Source: Chiloscyllium plagiosum | Taxonomy: Eukaryota | Reading direction: 5' to 3' | NCBI RefSeq assembly: GCF_004010195.1 | Contig: NC_057752.1 | Coordinates: 3,896,379-3,960,378, forward strand | DNA: 64,000 nucleotides | Part shown: positions 63,758-64,000 of the stretch, piece by piece | How positions within the stretch are numbered: the first letter of the stretch is position 1 | How the letters are laid out: each line of letters starts with the position of its first letter | Position numbers and translations under genes: made by a program | Notes under the pieces: generated by a model | The model's input: the letters and a program-made list of their open reading frames with translations, nothing else | What the model was told of the DNA's origin: nothing | The model's database searches: none

Positions 63758-64000
63758 TCATAGAATCCCTACAGTGCGGAAACAGGGCCTTCGGCCCAGC
63801 AAGTCCACGCTGACCCTCTGAAGAGAATCCCACCCAAACCTATTCCTCATGACTCTACATCTCCCCTAGCTAATGCACATAACCTACACATCCCTGAACA
63901 CTATGGGCAATTTAGCTTGGCCAATTCACCTAACCTGCACATCTTTGGATTGTGGGAGGAAACCGGAGCACCCGGAGGAAACCCACACAGACACGGGGAG
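63758..64000 (-). mobile_element. HE1-type V-SINE running off the window
   Basis: Reverse V-core GGAGGAAACCGGAGCACCCGGAGGAAACCCAC. Confidence 0.85.

Overview
Eukaryotic vertebrate DNA, very probably from a shark (HE1-type V-SINEs with (AATCT)n tails and partner HER1/CR1 LINEs). The window holds one complete gene, RACGAP1 (MgcRacGAP/CYK4), on the + strand. It has a CpG-rich promoter with CCAAT, CHR and E2F-like motifs, a probable non-coding exon 1 ending at 21460, 16 GT-AG coding exons (24848-51156) that join in frame to 630 aa, and a ~1.5-2 kb 3'UTR. The last two exons of a convergent DUF1295 / steroid 5-alpha-reductase-like membrane protein gene lie on the - strand (61315-63145). The rest is dense, often nested retroelements (CR1 LINEs, several SINE superfamilies, Tx1-like fragments, a Gypsy remnant) and a 500-N gap. 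The most striking structure is about ten Penelope-like (GIY-YIG) insertions from at least three sequence-unrelated families. They share one design: an inverted (fold-back) pseudo-LTR pair, a ~30-40 nt tail on one arm only, 9-15 bp target-site duplications, and a minimal type I hammerhead ribozyme motif (CUGANGA-N-stem II-GAAA-palindromic ACGU/AGCU-H). Some have shrunk to ~200-bp ribozyme-centred palindromes. Family names come from recalled motifs, not database searches.
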